A model generated the notes under the pieces. The model was not told where the DNA came from and searched no databases. It worked only from the letters and a program-made list of their open reading frames with translations. 32,000 nucleotides of DNA from assembly GCF_000025925.1 (NCBI RefSeq), contig NC_014033.1, positions 720,001 through 752,000 on the forward strand, read 5' to 3'. Below are positions 1-8,465 of the stretch, piece after piece (the stretch's first letter is position 1; every line of letters begins with the position of its first letter). Origin of the DNA: Xylanibacter ruminicola 23 (GTDB lineage: Bacteria > Bacteroidota > Bacteroidia > Bacteroidales > Bacteroidaceae). The position numbers were made by a program, and so were the translations under genes.

Positions 1-708
1 AACCGCGTGGTGGGTAATCGCATCTATCCTTTTAAGATGCCTGCTGGTTTGCGCCCGGGCATGTCGCTCTATCGTAACAACGATCAGGAGTTCGAGCGTA
101 TTCTCTCTAAGCCCAGCGCTACCCGTAAGATTCCTGTAAGCATAGCCCTGCGTGCTGTGGCTGATGGCTTTGAGTTAAGTGCCGAAGGTGTAACGGTACA
201 CTTTGCGGCCGAACATCAGATAGCCCAGAAGTCGCCTCGTGAGAATCTGGTTCGTCAGCTCTCAAAGCTGGGCGATACCATCTATGAGTGCCAGGAGGTT
301 AACGTACCCGACGATTTTAATTATTTCATCCCCAATAGTCAGCTCACCGACATGCGCCGCCAACTGGTCGAGGCCCTTGTACAGCCCCAGCGCCAGGTAA
401 AGCAGGCCAAGGTGGGTGCTAATCCAGGTGTAGACAAGCTCAGTTATCAGAATAACATCTCCAACCGCCAGTCGGCTGCCTTCTATGGTACCGATAAACT
501 CTCGGCCTATGAGCTGAAAGGTGGCGACGGACCTATCATGCAGTGCCGTCATTGCATCCGTTATTCGTTGGGCTACTGCGTAAAGCGCGGCGGCAAACGC
601 CCCACGTGGCACGAACCGCTTTCTCTCGTATTAGGCGATGGACGCCGATTCCGTCTTGAGTTTGATTGTCAACATTGTCAGATGAACGTCTATGCGTCGA
701 CTCGTTAG
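1..708 (+). CDS. U32 family peptidase (YdcP/RlhA-like), C-terminal part; the 5' end lies upstream of the window
   Basis: The frame is open to nt 1 (the track start at 7 is only a GTG). The Cys-rich tail CRHCIRYSLGYC...FDCQHCQMNVY resembles the C-terminal domain of long Bacteroidetes U32 peptidases. This is recognised from memory, with no search. Confidence 0.55.
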   Translation, partial: NRVVGNRIYPFKMPAGLRPGMSLYRNNDQEFERILSKPSATRKIPVSIALRAVADGFELSAEGVTVHFAAEHQIAQKSPRENLVRQLSKLGDTIYECQEVNVPDDFNYFIPNSQLTDMRRQLVEALVQPQRQVKQAKVGANPGVDKLSYQNNISNRQSAAFYGTDKLSAYELKGGDGPIMQCRHCIRYSLGYCVKRGGKRPTWHEPLSLVLGDGRRFRLEFDCQHCQMNVYASTR

Positions 709-1624
709 TCTCCTGTTCGTCTCCATCCTGTTATGTGGCTGCTATAACCGTGGCCCCATCACGCCCGATGCCTGGGATCTGACCGAGAAACAGCTCGACT
801 CCATCTCGTTCTACACCACCCATCATTACACCCAGAACTACAATTTTGTGGTAACGGGCGATTCGCTGGTGGTGGTTAAGCAGCAGCCCGAGGATATGTC
901 GGTGCCCGATGTGGTAACGTTCGAGCTGCAGTCGATGGGCGAGGAGATGAAGAAGGATTCTATCACTCTGCGCCGCAACGAGCATGTGGTGGTGGCCGAT
1001 ATCAAGACGGTACCCACCGATACCATCGATTCTGTGTGGGTAAAGGTGGCGCGCGATCAGCTTACTTTTGGATGGGTACACGAAAACGAGCTTCTCTCAA
1101 AGGTGTCGCCCGATGACCCAATCAGTCAGTTCATCGATTACTTCTCCGATAAGCACCTGCTGGTGTTTATGGCCTTCTGCGTGCTTACGGGTGCCGCTTA
1201 TGGTTTGCGCCGCCTGATGCGTAAGGGTTGTAAGATTGTGCATTTCAATGATATCGCCTCGTTCTATCCCACAGCGCTCTGTCTGCTCATAGCCTCGTCG
1301 GCTGTGCTGTATAGTAGCATCCAGCTGTTTGCCCCCGAAACCTGGCGACATTTCTATTATCATCCCTCGCTCAATCCGTTTGCGCTGCCGTTCTGGCTGG
1401 GCGTATTCATCTCGTCGGTATGGGCGCTCATCATCTGGTCGTTGGCAACCGTCGATGATGTGTACCACCGTTTGCCCCTGGGCGAGGCCATCATGTATCT
1501 GGTAGGATTGGCAGCCGTGTGTGCTGTTATCTATGTGGTGTTCAGCATCACTACCTTGTATTATGTAGGCTATCCGTTGCTGATAGCATACTTCTATTTC
1601 GCCATCAAACGTCTGAAGCTTTAA
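692..1624 (+). CDS. Multi-pass membrane protein with a lipoprotein-type signal, function unknown
   Basis: 310-aa ORF with N-terminal signal SILLCGC, a soluble domain of about 130 aa, then 4-5 hydrophobic helices. The ATG overlaps the upstream gene's end by 17 nt. Confidence 0.6.
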   Translation: MRRLVSLLFVSILLCGCYNRGPITPDAWDLTEKQLDSISFYTTHHYTQNYNFVVTGDSLVVVKQQPEDMSVPDVVTFELQSMGEEMKKDSITLRRNEHVVVADIKTVPTDTIDSVWVKVARDQLTFGWVHENELLSKVSPDDPISQFIDYFSDKHLLVFMAFCVLTGAAYGLRRLMRKGCKIVHFNDIASFYPTALCLLIASSAVLYSSIQLFAPETWRHFYYHPSLNPFALPFWLGVFISSVWALIIWSLATVDDVYHRLPLGEAIMYLVGLAAVCAVIYVVFSITTLYYVGYPLLIAYFYFAIKRLKL

Positions 1625-2748
1625 ACCAGCATCAGGTCGCTCATAATCATATCGCTTACAAAGAGTCCTTCTTTTGTGAGCGATATTTTTTGGTCGTTGA
1701 GTTTCAGCAATCCCGCCTCCAGATGGCGCTGGGCGTTTTTCAGACAGTAGGCACGCTGCTGGTCGGTCAGCGTGCTCAGGTCTAATCCCTCGCAGGTGCG
1801 CAGGGCCACGGTCACGGCATCGTTATAGCGTGTGTCCTCGTCCAGCGTCTCTGCCTCAAAGCATCGCTCGCCTTGCTCCATGGCGGTGATGTACTGCTGG
1901 ATATCGGCCACGTTCCAGCTGCGTGTCTGGATGTCGAACGAGTGGGCAGCGGCGCCGATACCGATATACGGTATGCCCTTCCAGTAGCTGCTGTTATGGC
2001 GCGAACGATAGCCCGGACGGGCAAAGTTTGATATCTCGTAATGCTCGTAACCGGCTGATTCCAAGCTGTTTATTAATGTAAAGTACATCTTTCGCTCTAA
2101 CTCCTCGTCAATCTCGGCCACCTTGCCTTGCTCTAACAATCGGTAGAGTGGGGTGCCCTCTTCGTACATCAGGCAGTAGGTAGAGATATGCTCCACGTTC
2201 AGCTGTAGCGCCTCGTCGATATCCGCCTGCCATTCTTCAAGTGTCTGGTTGGGAAAGCCGTACATCAGGTCGATGCTGATATTCTGGAATCCTGCTTGGC
2301 GCAAGGTTGCTACAGCCTGATGCACCTGTGCTGACGAGTGACGGCGACGCAGAAAATGCAGACGTTCATCGTTAAAAGTCTGTGCGCCCATGCTCACACG
2401 GTTGATGGGCAGCTGCTGCAGGGCAGCAGCCAATTCGGGTGTTACGTCATCCGGATTCACCTCGATGGTCACTTCGGCATCGTTTTCCACCTTATTATAT
2501 ATATAGATGGCATCAAAAATCCGGCGCAACTGTGGAATGGTAAGCTGACTGGGTGTGCCGCCGCCAAGATAAATAGTGCCTAAACTCCCCTCCTTTTGGG
2601 GAGGGTTTGTGGGTAGACTTCTCATTTTTATCTCCTGGCAAAGGGCATCAACATAGCGCTCGCGAAGCGCCAGCCCCGTGGTAGAATAGAAGCCGCAGTA
2701 CACACATCGGCTGCTACAAAACGGAATATGTACGTATAAACCTGCCAT
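1621..2748 (-). CDS. hemW: Radical SAM heme chaperone HemW (oxygen-independent coproporphyrinogen oxidase-like)
   Basis: N-terminus MAGLYVHIPFCSSRCVYCGFYS carries the CxxxCxxC radical-SAM motif. GGGTPS motif, 375 aa, and typical HemN/HemW layout. Confidence 0.85.
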   Translation of the reverse strand: MAGLYVHIPFCSSRCVYCGFYSTTGLALRERYVDALCQEIKMRSLPTNPPQKEGSLGTIYLGGGTPSQLTIPQLRRIFDAIYIYNKVENDAEVTIEVNPDDVTPELAAALQQLPINRVSMGAQTFNDERLHFLRRRHSSAQVHQAVATLRQAGFQNISIDLMYGFPNQTLEEWQADIDEALQLNVEHISTYCLMYEEGTPLYRLLEQGKVAEIDEELERKMYFTLINSLESAGYEHYEISNFARPGYRSRHNSSYWKGIPYIGIGAAAHSFDIQTRSWNVADIQQYITAMEQGERCFEAETLDEDTRYNDAVTVALRTCEGLDLSTLTDQQRAYCLKNAQRHLEAGLLKLNDQKISLTKEGLFVSDMIMSDLMLV

Positions 2749-2756
2749 TATTTTCG

Positions 2757-2774
2757 AATTTTGCCGGCAAAATT
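2757..2774. promoter_or_regulatory. Perfect 18-bp palindrome AATTTTGCCGGCAAAATT in the hemW / EF-G divergent region; it contains the hemW -7 box (TAATTTTG on the minus strand, 2768-2775)
   Basis: Direct reading. The minus-strand TAatTTTG ends about 20 nt before the hemW ATG. The plus-strand half reads GAATTTTG, a near -7 box. Confidence 0.5.
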
Positions 2775-2875
2775 ACAAATTTAGTTTAAAATTTGGAAGA
2801 AAGTTTTGGTGTTTTCTCAAAAAATAACTAATTTAGTCCCCGATAAAATAAGTATTCACCTAAAACTGAAACGAT

Positions 2876-5035
2876 ATGAAAGTATATCAAACTAACGAAA
2901 TCAAAAACATTGCACTCATTGGCAGTGCGGGTAGCGGCAAGACAACTCTTGCCGAAAGTATGGTCTACGAAGCTGGCATCATCAAGCGCCGCGGTTCTGT
3001 AGAGAGTAAGAACACCATGAGCGATTACTTCCCCGTTGAGCAGGAATATGGCTACTCGGTGTTCTCAACTGTATTTCATGTAGAATGGAACAACAAGAAG
3101 CTTAACATCATCGACTGCCCAGGTTCTGATGACTTCGTAGGTGGTTCTATTACTGCAATGAACGTAACCGATCAGGCTGTTATTCTTATCAACGGTCAGT
3201 ATGGCCCCGAGGTAGGAACGATGAATGCCTTCCGCAATACCGAGAAACTCAAGAAACCCGTTATCTTCCTGGTAAACCAGCTGGATCGCGAGAACTGCGA
3301 CTTCGATCAGATTCTCAACCAGCTCAAGGAGATCTACGGTCCTAACTGTGTGCCCGTTCAGTATCCTATCGCCACAGGTCCTGGCTTCAATGCTGTTATC
3401 GACGTGCTCCTGATGAAGAAGTACTCTTGGAAACCCGAGGGTGGTGCTCCTATCATCGAGGATATCCCAGCCGATCAGTTGGAGAAGGCTAAGGAGATGA
3501 AGGCTAAGCTGGTTGAGGCTGCTGCCGCTGGCGACGATACACTGATGGAGAAGTTCTTTGAGAGCGAGGACCTGAGCGAGGACGAGATGCGTGAGGGTAT
3601 CCGTAAGGGTATGGTAACACGCAGCATCTTCCCTGTATTCTGCGTTTGTGCAGGTAAGGACATGGGTGTTCGCCGCTTGATGGAGTTCTTGGGTAACGTG
3701 GTTCCTTTTGTAAGCGATATGCCTGTTATCCAGAATGCTGCCGGTCAGGATGTTCCTGCCGATGCCAGCGCACCTGCATCACTCTATTTCTTCAAGACAG
3801 GTGTCGAGCCCCATATCGGCGAGGTATCTTACTTCAAGGTAATGAGCGGTAGCGTTAAGAGCGGCGACGACTTTACCAATGCCGATCGTGGTTCAAAGGA
3901 GCGCATAGGTACTATCTACGCTTGTGCTGGTGCCAACCGTATTCAGGTTGATCAGCTGGTAGCTGGCGATATCGGTTGTACCGTTAAGCTCAAGGATGTA
4001 AAGACTGGTAACACCCTGAATGGTAAGGATGTCGAGAATAAGTTCAACTTCATTAAGTATCCTAACTCTAAGTTCTCTCGTGCCATCAAGGCCGTTAACG
4101 AGAGCGAGACCGAGAAGATGATGACCGCTCTGCAGAAGATGCGTCAGGAGGATCCTACATGGGTAGTTGAGCAGTCAAAGGAGTTGCGCCAGATTATCGT
4201 TCATGGTCAGGGTGAGTTCCACCTGCGTACCTTGAAGTGGCGTATGGAGAACAACGAGAAGATCCAGATCGAGTATATCGAGCCAAAGATTCCTTATCGT
4301 GAGACTATCACTAAGATGGCTCGTGCCGACTATCGTCATAAGAAACAGTCGGGTGGTGCCGGACAGTTTGGTGAGGTACACCTGATTGTAGAGCCTTACA
4401 CCGAGGGCATGCCCGATCCTACATCGTTCAAGATCAACGGTCAGGAGTTCAAGATGAACATCAAGGGTAAGGAAGAGGTTTCCCTCGACTGGGGCGGCAA
4501 GCTGGTATTCATCAACTCGGTTGTTGGTGGTGCTATCGATATGCGATTCATGCCTGCTATCCTTAAGGGTATCATGGAGCGCATGGAGCAGGGCCCACTC
4601 ACCGGTTCTTATGCTCGCGACGTTCGCGTGATTGTTTACGATGGTAAGATGCACCCAGTTGACTCTAACGAGCTTTCGTTCATGCTGGCTGCCCGTAACG
4701 CCTTCTCGGCTGCCTTCAAGGAGGCCGGTCCAAAGGTACTCGAGCCTATCTACGATCTCGAGGTGCTCGTACCAGGCGACTACATGGGTGATGTAATGAG
4801 CGACCTGCAGGGCCGTCGTGCCATCATCATGGGTATGGATTCTGAGGCTGGCTATCAGAAGCTGAGTGCTAAGATTCCTCTCAAGGAGCTCTCAAGCTAC
4901 TCTATCGCCCTCAGTTCTATCACCGGTGGTCGTGCATCGTTCTCTACCAGCTTCTCAAGCTACGAGCTCGTGCCAAACGATATCCAGCAGGCACTGATCA
5001 AGCAGCACGAGGAGGAGATGAAGGACGAGGATTAA
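2876..5035 (+). CDS. fusA2: Elongation factor G paralog (EF-G2 type) with divergent GTPase motifs
   Basis: 719 aa with five-domain EF-G-like length. G1 is GSAGSGKTT, G3 is DCPGS (canonical DTPGH) and G4 is NQLD (canonical NKxD). The gene stands alone and is not in an rpsL-rpsG-fusA context. Confidence 0.85.
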   Translation: MKVYQTNEIKNIALIGSAGSGKTTLAESMVYEAGIIKRRGSVESKNTMSDYFPVEQEYGYSVFSTVFHVEWNNKKLNIIDCPGSDDFVGGSITAMNVTDQAVILINGQYGPEVGTMNAFRNTEKLKKPVIFLVNQLDRENCDFDQILNQLKEIYGPNCVPVQYPIATGPGFNAVIDVLLMKKYSWKPEGGAPIIEDIPADQLEKAKEMKAKLVEAAAAGDDTLMEKFFESEDLSEDEMREGIRKGMVTRSIFPVFCVCAGKDMGVRRLMEFLGNVVPFVSDMPVIQNAAGQDVPADASAPASLYFFKTGVEPHIGEVSYFKVMSGSVKSGDDFTNADRGSKERIGTIYACAGANRIQVDQLVAGDIGCTVKLKDVKTGNTLNGKDVENKFNFIKYPNSKFSRAIKAVNESETEKMMTALQKMRQEDPTWVVEQSKELRQIIVHGQGEFHLRTLKWRMENNEKIQIEYIEPKIPYRETITKMARADYRHKKQSGGAGQFGEVHLIVEPYTEGMPDPTSFKINGQEFKMNIKGKEEVSLDWGGKLVFINSVVGGAIDMRFMPAILKGIMERMEQGPLTGSYARDVRVIVYDGKMHPVDSNELSFMLAARNAFSAAFKEAGPKVLEPIYDLEVLVPGDYMGDVMSDLQGRRAIIMGMDSEAGYQKLSAKIPLKELSSYSIALSSITGGRASFSTSFSSYELVPNDIQQALIKQHEEEMKDED

Positions 5036-5068
5036 TACGCCCCTATTATTTGTACATTGAATATGGTA

Positions 5069-5105
5069 GAATCCCTGCTATTTGGTTAGCAGGGATTCTT
5101 TTTTT
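5069..5105 (+). terminator. Rho-independent terminator after the EF-G paralog
   Basis: Perfect 12-bp stem GAATCCCTGCTA / TAGCAGGGATTC with a 6-nt loop, followed by T7. Confidence 0.85.
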
Positions 5106-5203
5106 AATTGCATATTTGCAACTAAAATGTCATAATCTTGTTAAATTTGCGAAATTAGCTCGAAATAATTAACAAATTCGGTACGTCGTTTTAAGAAATA
5201 GCT

Positions 5204-5211
5204 TATCTTTG
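5204..5211 (+). promoter_or_regulatory. Bacteroidetes sigma-A -7 box TATCTTTG upstream of the histidine kinase gene (alternative box TAAATTTG at 5142-5149)
   Basis: Matches the TAnnTTTG consensus. Only 8 nt separate the box from the ATG at 5220, which implies a very short leader if this box is used. Confidence 0.5.
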
Positions 5212-5219
5212 CAATCGAT

Positions 5220-6782
5220 ATGAAGAAAAGTACGATTTGGATCATAGCAATAGTCATGGGCCTCTCATTTGTAGGGCTTCTGTACCTTCAGATCTCGTAC
5301 ATCGAGGAGATGGCGAAGATGAAGAAGGAACAGCTCGACGAGTCGGTTAAGCGTAGCCTCTATCAGGCATCGCGTAACCTGGAGATGAACGAGACCCTGC
5401 GTTATCTCGAGAAGGATGTGAAGGAAACCGAGCGCAAGGCCTATAAGCAGGACTCTGTGATGGTGGATGGTCTCGACGGCACCATTAAGCACTCACACCA
5501 GTTTGCTGTAGCTGCCGACGATGGTACCGTTTACTCAAGCTTCGAGCTCAAAACGTTTGCCATCCGTCCCGCCAACGTGCCCAAGGCCATGATTCTGCGT
5601 ACCGATAAGAACAGCATCTCCGAGGCCTCTAAGTCGCTGCAGGAGATTGTGCGCAACCGTTATGTATATCAGAAGGCGTTGCTCGACGAGGTAGTTTACA
5701 ACATCCTCTATACTGCCAGCGATAAACCTCTGAAGGAGCGCATCAACTTCAAGCTGCTCGAGCAGGATATCCGTACCGAACTGCTCAACAACGGTATCAA
5801 CATCCCATACCACTTCCGCGTAGAAACCGCCGATGGTCGCGAGGTGTACCGTTGTCCCGAATACTCATCCGAGGGCGAGGAGAGCGTTTACTCACAAACG
5901 CTGTTCAGTCACGACCCCTCATCAAAGATGGGTGTGGTAAAAATCCACTTCCCCGACATGAGTTCGTACATCTTCTCAAGTGTGCGTTTCATGATCCCGG
6001 CAGTTATCTTTACCTTCGTGCTGCTGCTCACGTTCCTATTCACCATCGTGGTCATCTTCCGTCAGAAGCGACTCACCGAGATTAAGAACGACTTCATCAA
6101 CAACATGACCCACGAGCTCAAGACACCTATCGCCTCAATCTCGCTGGCAGCCCAGATGATGAACGACCCCAGCGTAGCCAAGTCGGAGCAGATGGCCAAG
6201 CACCTGGGAGGTGTGATTTCCGACGAGTCGAAGCGTCTGCGTTTCCTGGTTGAGAAGGTGCTCCAGATGTCGATGTTCGATAAGAAGAGCATTGTATTCA
6301 AGAAGAAGGAGCTCGACCTGAACGAGATGGTTGAGAATATCGCCCAGTCGTTCACGCTCCGTGTAGAGCATACCGGCGGTAAGATCTATACCGATATCGA
6401 GGCTGTTGATTCAGCTATCTTTGTCGACGAGGTTCACTTCCAGAACGCTATCACCAACCTGATGGACAACGCTGTGAAGTACCGCAAGCCCGATGAGCCT
6501 ATCGATATCTATATCAAGACCTGGAACGAGAAGGATCGTCTGTGCTTCTCAATCCGCGATACCGGTCTGGGCATCAAGAAGGAGAACGTGAAGAAGATCT
6601 TCGAGAAGTTCTACCGCGTTCATACAGGAAACGTGCACGATGTGAAAGGCTTCGGTCTTGGCTTGGCCTACGTGAAGAAGATTATCAACCTGCACGAGGG
6701 CGAGATCAAGTGCGAGAGCGAGCTGGGCAAGGGTACCACCTTTACTATCTCGCTGCCCATCCTGAAGGAGGACGAACAATAA
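5220..6782 (+). CDS. rprX: Sensor histidine kinase (RprX-like)
   Basis: Two TM segments flank a domain of about 240 aa. H-box NMTHELKTPIASI, N-box MDNAVKY, G-boxes RDTGLGI and GFGLGLAYV. 520 aa, directly upstream of an OmpR-type regulator, as in Bacteroides rprXY. The symbol is tentative. Confidence 0.8.
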   Translation: MKKSTIWIIAIVMGLSFVGLLYLQISYIEEMAKMKKEQLDESVKRSLYQASRNLEMNETLRYLEKDVKETERKAYKQDSVMVDGLDGTIKHSHQFAVAADDGTVYSSFELKTFAIRPANVPKAMILRTDKNSISEASKSLQEIVRNRYVYQKALLDEVVYNILYTASDKPLKERINFKLLEQDIRTELLNNGINIPYHFRVETADGREVYRCPEYSSEGEESVYSQTLFSHDPSSKMGVVKIHFPDMSSYIFSSVRFMIPAVIFTFVLLLTFLFTIVVIFRQKRLTEIKNDFINNMTHELKTPIASISLAAQMMNDPSVAKSEQMAKHLGGVISDESKRLRFLVEKVLQMSMFDKKSIVFKKKELDLNEMVENIAQSFTLRVEHTGGKIYTDIEAVDSAIFVDEVHFQNAITNLMDNAVKYRKPDEPIDIYIKTWNEKDRLCFSIRDTGLGIKKENVKKIFEKFYRVHTGNVHDVKGFGLGLAYVKKIINLHEGEIKCESELGKGTTFTISLPILKEDEQ

Positions 6783-6831
6783 ACGTGATAATACAAATAT
6801 AATTTAATTAATAACACTTTAAAATTTAACG

Positions 6832-7539
6832 ATGATGGACGACAAAATTAAGATTTTGCTTTGCGAGGACGACGAGAACCTCGGAATGCTGCTCCGTGAG
6901 TATTTGCAGGCCAAAGGCTTTGTTGCAGAACTCTGTGCTGATGGTGAGGCAGGCTTCAAGGCTTTCCTCAAGACAAAATTCGACATCTGTGTGCTCGATG
7001 TGATGATGCCTAAGAAGGATGGCTTCACACTCGCTCAGGAGATTCGTTCTGCCAACACAGACGTGCCCATTATCTTCCTCACAGCTAAGACCCTGAAGGA
7101 GGATATCCTCGAAGGTTTCAAGCTGGGTGCCGACGATTACATCACCAAGCCTTTCTCAATGGAGGAGCTCGTGTTCCGTATTGAGGCCATTCTGCGCCGC
7201 ACTAAGGGTAAGAAGAGCCGCGAATCTACTGTTTACCGCCTGGGTCAGTTCACTTTCGATACCCAGAAGCAGTTGCTGCAGATTGGCGAGAAGCAGACCA
7301 AGCTTACCACCAAGGAGAACGAGCTGCTGGCTCTGCTCTGCAGTCACTCAAACGAGATTCTGCAGCGCGACTTCGCTCTGAAAACTATCTGGATTGATGA
7401 TAACTACTTCAATGCCCGCTCTATGGATGTTTACATCACTAAGCTGCGCAAGCACCTGAAGGACGATCCACAGATCGAGATTATCAATATTCATGGTAAG
7501 GGCTACAAGCTCATTACTCCTGAGGTAGACGATGAGTAA
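6832..7539 (+). CDS. rprY: OmpR/PhoB-family response regulator (RprY-like)
   Basis: Receiver domain (LLCEDDENLGMLL, DVMMPKKDG, LTAK) plus a C-terminal winged helix (RSMDVYITKLRKHL...HGKGYKL). 235 aa. The symbol is tentative. Confidence 0.85.
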   Translation: MMDDKIKILLCEDDENLGMLLREYLQAKGFVAELCADGEAGFKAFLKTKFDICVLDVMMPKKDGFTLAQEIRSANTDVPIIFLTAKTLKEDILEGFKLGADDYITKPFSMEELVFRIEAILRRTKGKKSRESTVYRLGQFTFDTQKQLLQIGEKQTKLTTKENELLALLCSHSNEILQRDFALKTIWIDDNYFNARSMDVYITKLRKHLKDDPQIEIINIHGKGYKLITPEVDDE

Positions 7540-7735
7540 ACCGGGCATGGTGAAAAGAGGAATCATAAAAGCATATTTGGGAGTAGCACTGGTTTTGGCC
7601 GGTGCTCTCCTTTTATTGGTTAGTTATCTTACCGGCTTCACCCGTTATAACCTGGTGTTACTTACCGGTCTGATTTTCATTGTTTTAGGCGCAGTTTTGC
7701 ACGTTCGGCAACAGAAAAGAGACGGAAAGTATTAA
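7532..7735 (+). CDS. Small (67 aa) two-TM membrane protein, translationally coupled to the response regulator gene
   Basis: The ATG lies inside GATGAGTAA, which overlaps the rprY stop. Two hydrophobic helices and a basic C-terminal tail QQKRDGKY. There is no homology knowledge, so whether it is coding is uncertain. Confidence 0.45.
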   Translation: MSKPGMVKRGIIKAYLGVALVLAGALLLLVSYLTGFTRYNLVLLTGLIFIVLGAVLHVRQQKRDGKY

Positions 7736-7753
7736 ATATTCTTAAATCATAGG

Positions 7754-7784
7754 GATGTTCAATGGTCAATGGTCAATGTTCAAT
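7754..7784. repeat. Tandem heptamer array A: GATGTTC AATGGTC AATGGTC AATGTTC AAT
   Basis: Direct reading: four 7-nt units. The array ends 8 nt before the shared promoter core of the rpsF operon. Confidence 0.9.
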
Positions 7785-7791
7785 AAAAATT

Positions 7792-7809
7792 TTGTACCTT
7801 TGCACCCGC
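7792..7809 (+). promoter_or_regulatory. rpsF operon promoter core TTGTACCTTTGCACCCGC (-7 box TACCTTTG at 7795-7802)
   Basis: TAnnTTTG match 46 nt upstream of the rpsF ATG. The 18-mer is identical to the one upstream of the 16S rRNA gene (30405-30422). Confidence 0.7.
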
Positions 7810-7848
7810 TTTAAGCAATAACATTATTAATTTATTTTATTAAGTAGT

Positions 7849-8193
7849 ATGAATCAATACGAAACCGTTTTCATTTTAACTCCCGTTTTGTCTGATGAAC
7901 AGATGAAGGAAACGGCCGCAAAATTCAAGAAGGTTCTCACCGATAAGGGTGCAGAGATCATCAACGAAGAGGCCTGGGGATTGAAGAAGATGGCTTATGC
8001 TATTCAGAAGAAGTCTACAGGTTTCTACTGCCTGGTAGAGTTCAAGGCTGAGCCAGAAGTGATTAAGACATTGGAGACTGCTTTCCGTCGTGACGAGAAG
8101 GTAATTCGTTTCCAGACTGTTAAACTTGACAAGTATGCAGTTGAGTACGCCGAGAAGCGTCGTGCAAAGCTTGGTAAAAAAGAGGAGGCTTAA
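7849..8193 (+). CDS. rpsF: 30S ribosomal protein S6 (bS6)
   Basis: [12 protein letters not shown]... is a typical S6 N-terminus. 114 aa and first gene of the conserved rpsF-rpsR-rplI arrangement. Confidence 0.95.
   Translation: MNQYETVFILTPVLSDEQMKETAAKFKKVLTDKGAEIINEEAWGLKKMAYAIQKKSTGFYCLVEFKAEPEVIKTLETAFRRDEKVIRFQTVKLDKYAVEYAEKRRAKLGKKEEA
8179..8188 (+). promoter_or_regulatory. Shine-Dalgarno-like decamer AAAGAGGAGG, 8 nt upstream of the rpsR ATG
   Basis: Direct reading. It lies within the last rpsF codons (KKEEA). The AGGAGG core is perfectly complementary to the canonical anti-SD CCUCCU. Confidence 0.6.
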
Positions 8194-8196
8194 ACT

Positions 8197-8463
8197 ATGG
8201 CAGAACAGAGTGAAATCCGTTATTTGACAGCTCCTTCTATCGACACAAAGAAGAAGAAGTATTGCCGTTTCAAGAAGAGCGGTATCAAGTACATCGACTA
8301 CAAGGATCCCGAGTTCCTGAAGAAGTTCCTCAACGAGCAGGGTAAGATTCTTCCCCGCCGTATCACTGGAACATCTCTGAAGTATCAGCGTCGTGTGGCT
8401 CAGGCCGTTAAGCGTGCCCGCCAGATCGCACTGCTGCCTTACGTAACCGATTTGATGAAATAA
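8197..8463 (+). CDS. rpsR: 30S ribosomal protein S18 (bS18)
   Basis: The sequence [20 protein letters not shown]...[10 protein letters not shown]...[12 protein letters not shown] is typical of S18. 88 aa. Confidence 0.95.
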   Translation: MAEQSEIRYLTAPSIDTKKKKYCRFKKSGIKYIDYKDPEFLKKFLNEQGKILPRRITGTSLKYQRRVAQAVKRARQIALLPYVTDLMK

Positions 8464-8465
8464 TT

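Noticed and set aside
2585-2603. GC-rich 6-bp hairpin CTCCCC/GGGGAG inside hemW
   Set aside because: It is short and imperfect when extended, lies internal to the coding sequence (NPPQKEGS), and has no associated U-run. It is probably incidental.
7755-7814. 19-codon mini-ORF (MFNGQWSMFNKNFVPLHPL) starting in heptamer array A
   Set aside because: It runs across the rpsF promoter core and has no independent expression signals. It is most likely a by-product of the ATG-containing repeat.
7810-7848. Possible S6:S18-binding leader RNA upstream of rpsF
   Set aside because: The predicted 5' UTR is only about 40 nt, very AT-rich, and has no convincing stem-loop. A structured leader cannot be supported by eye.
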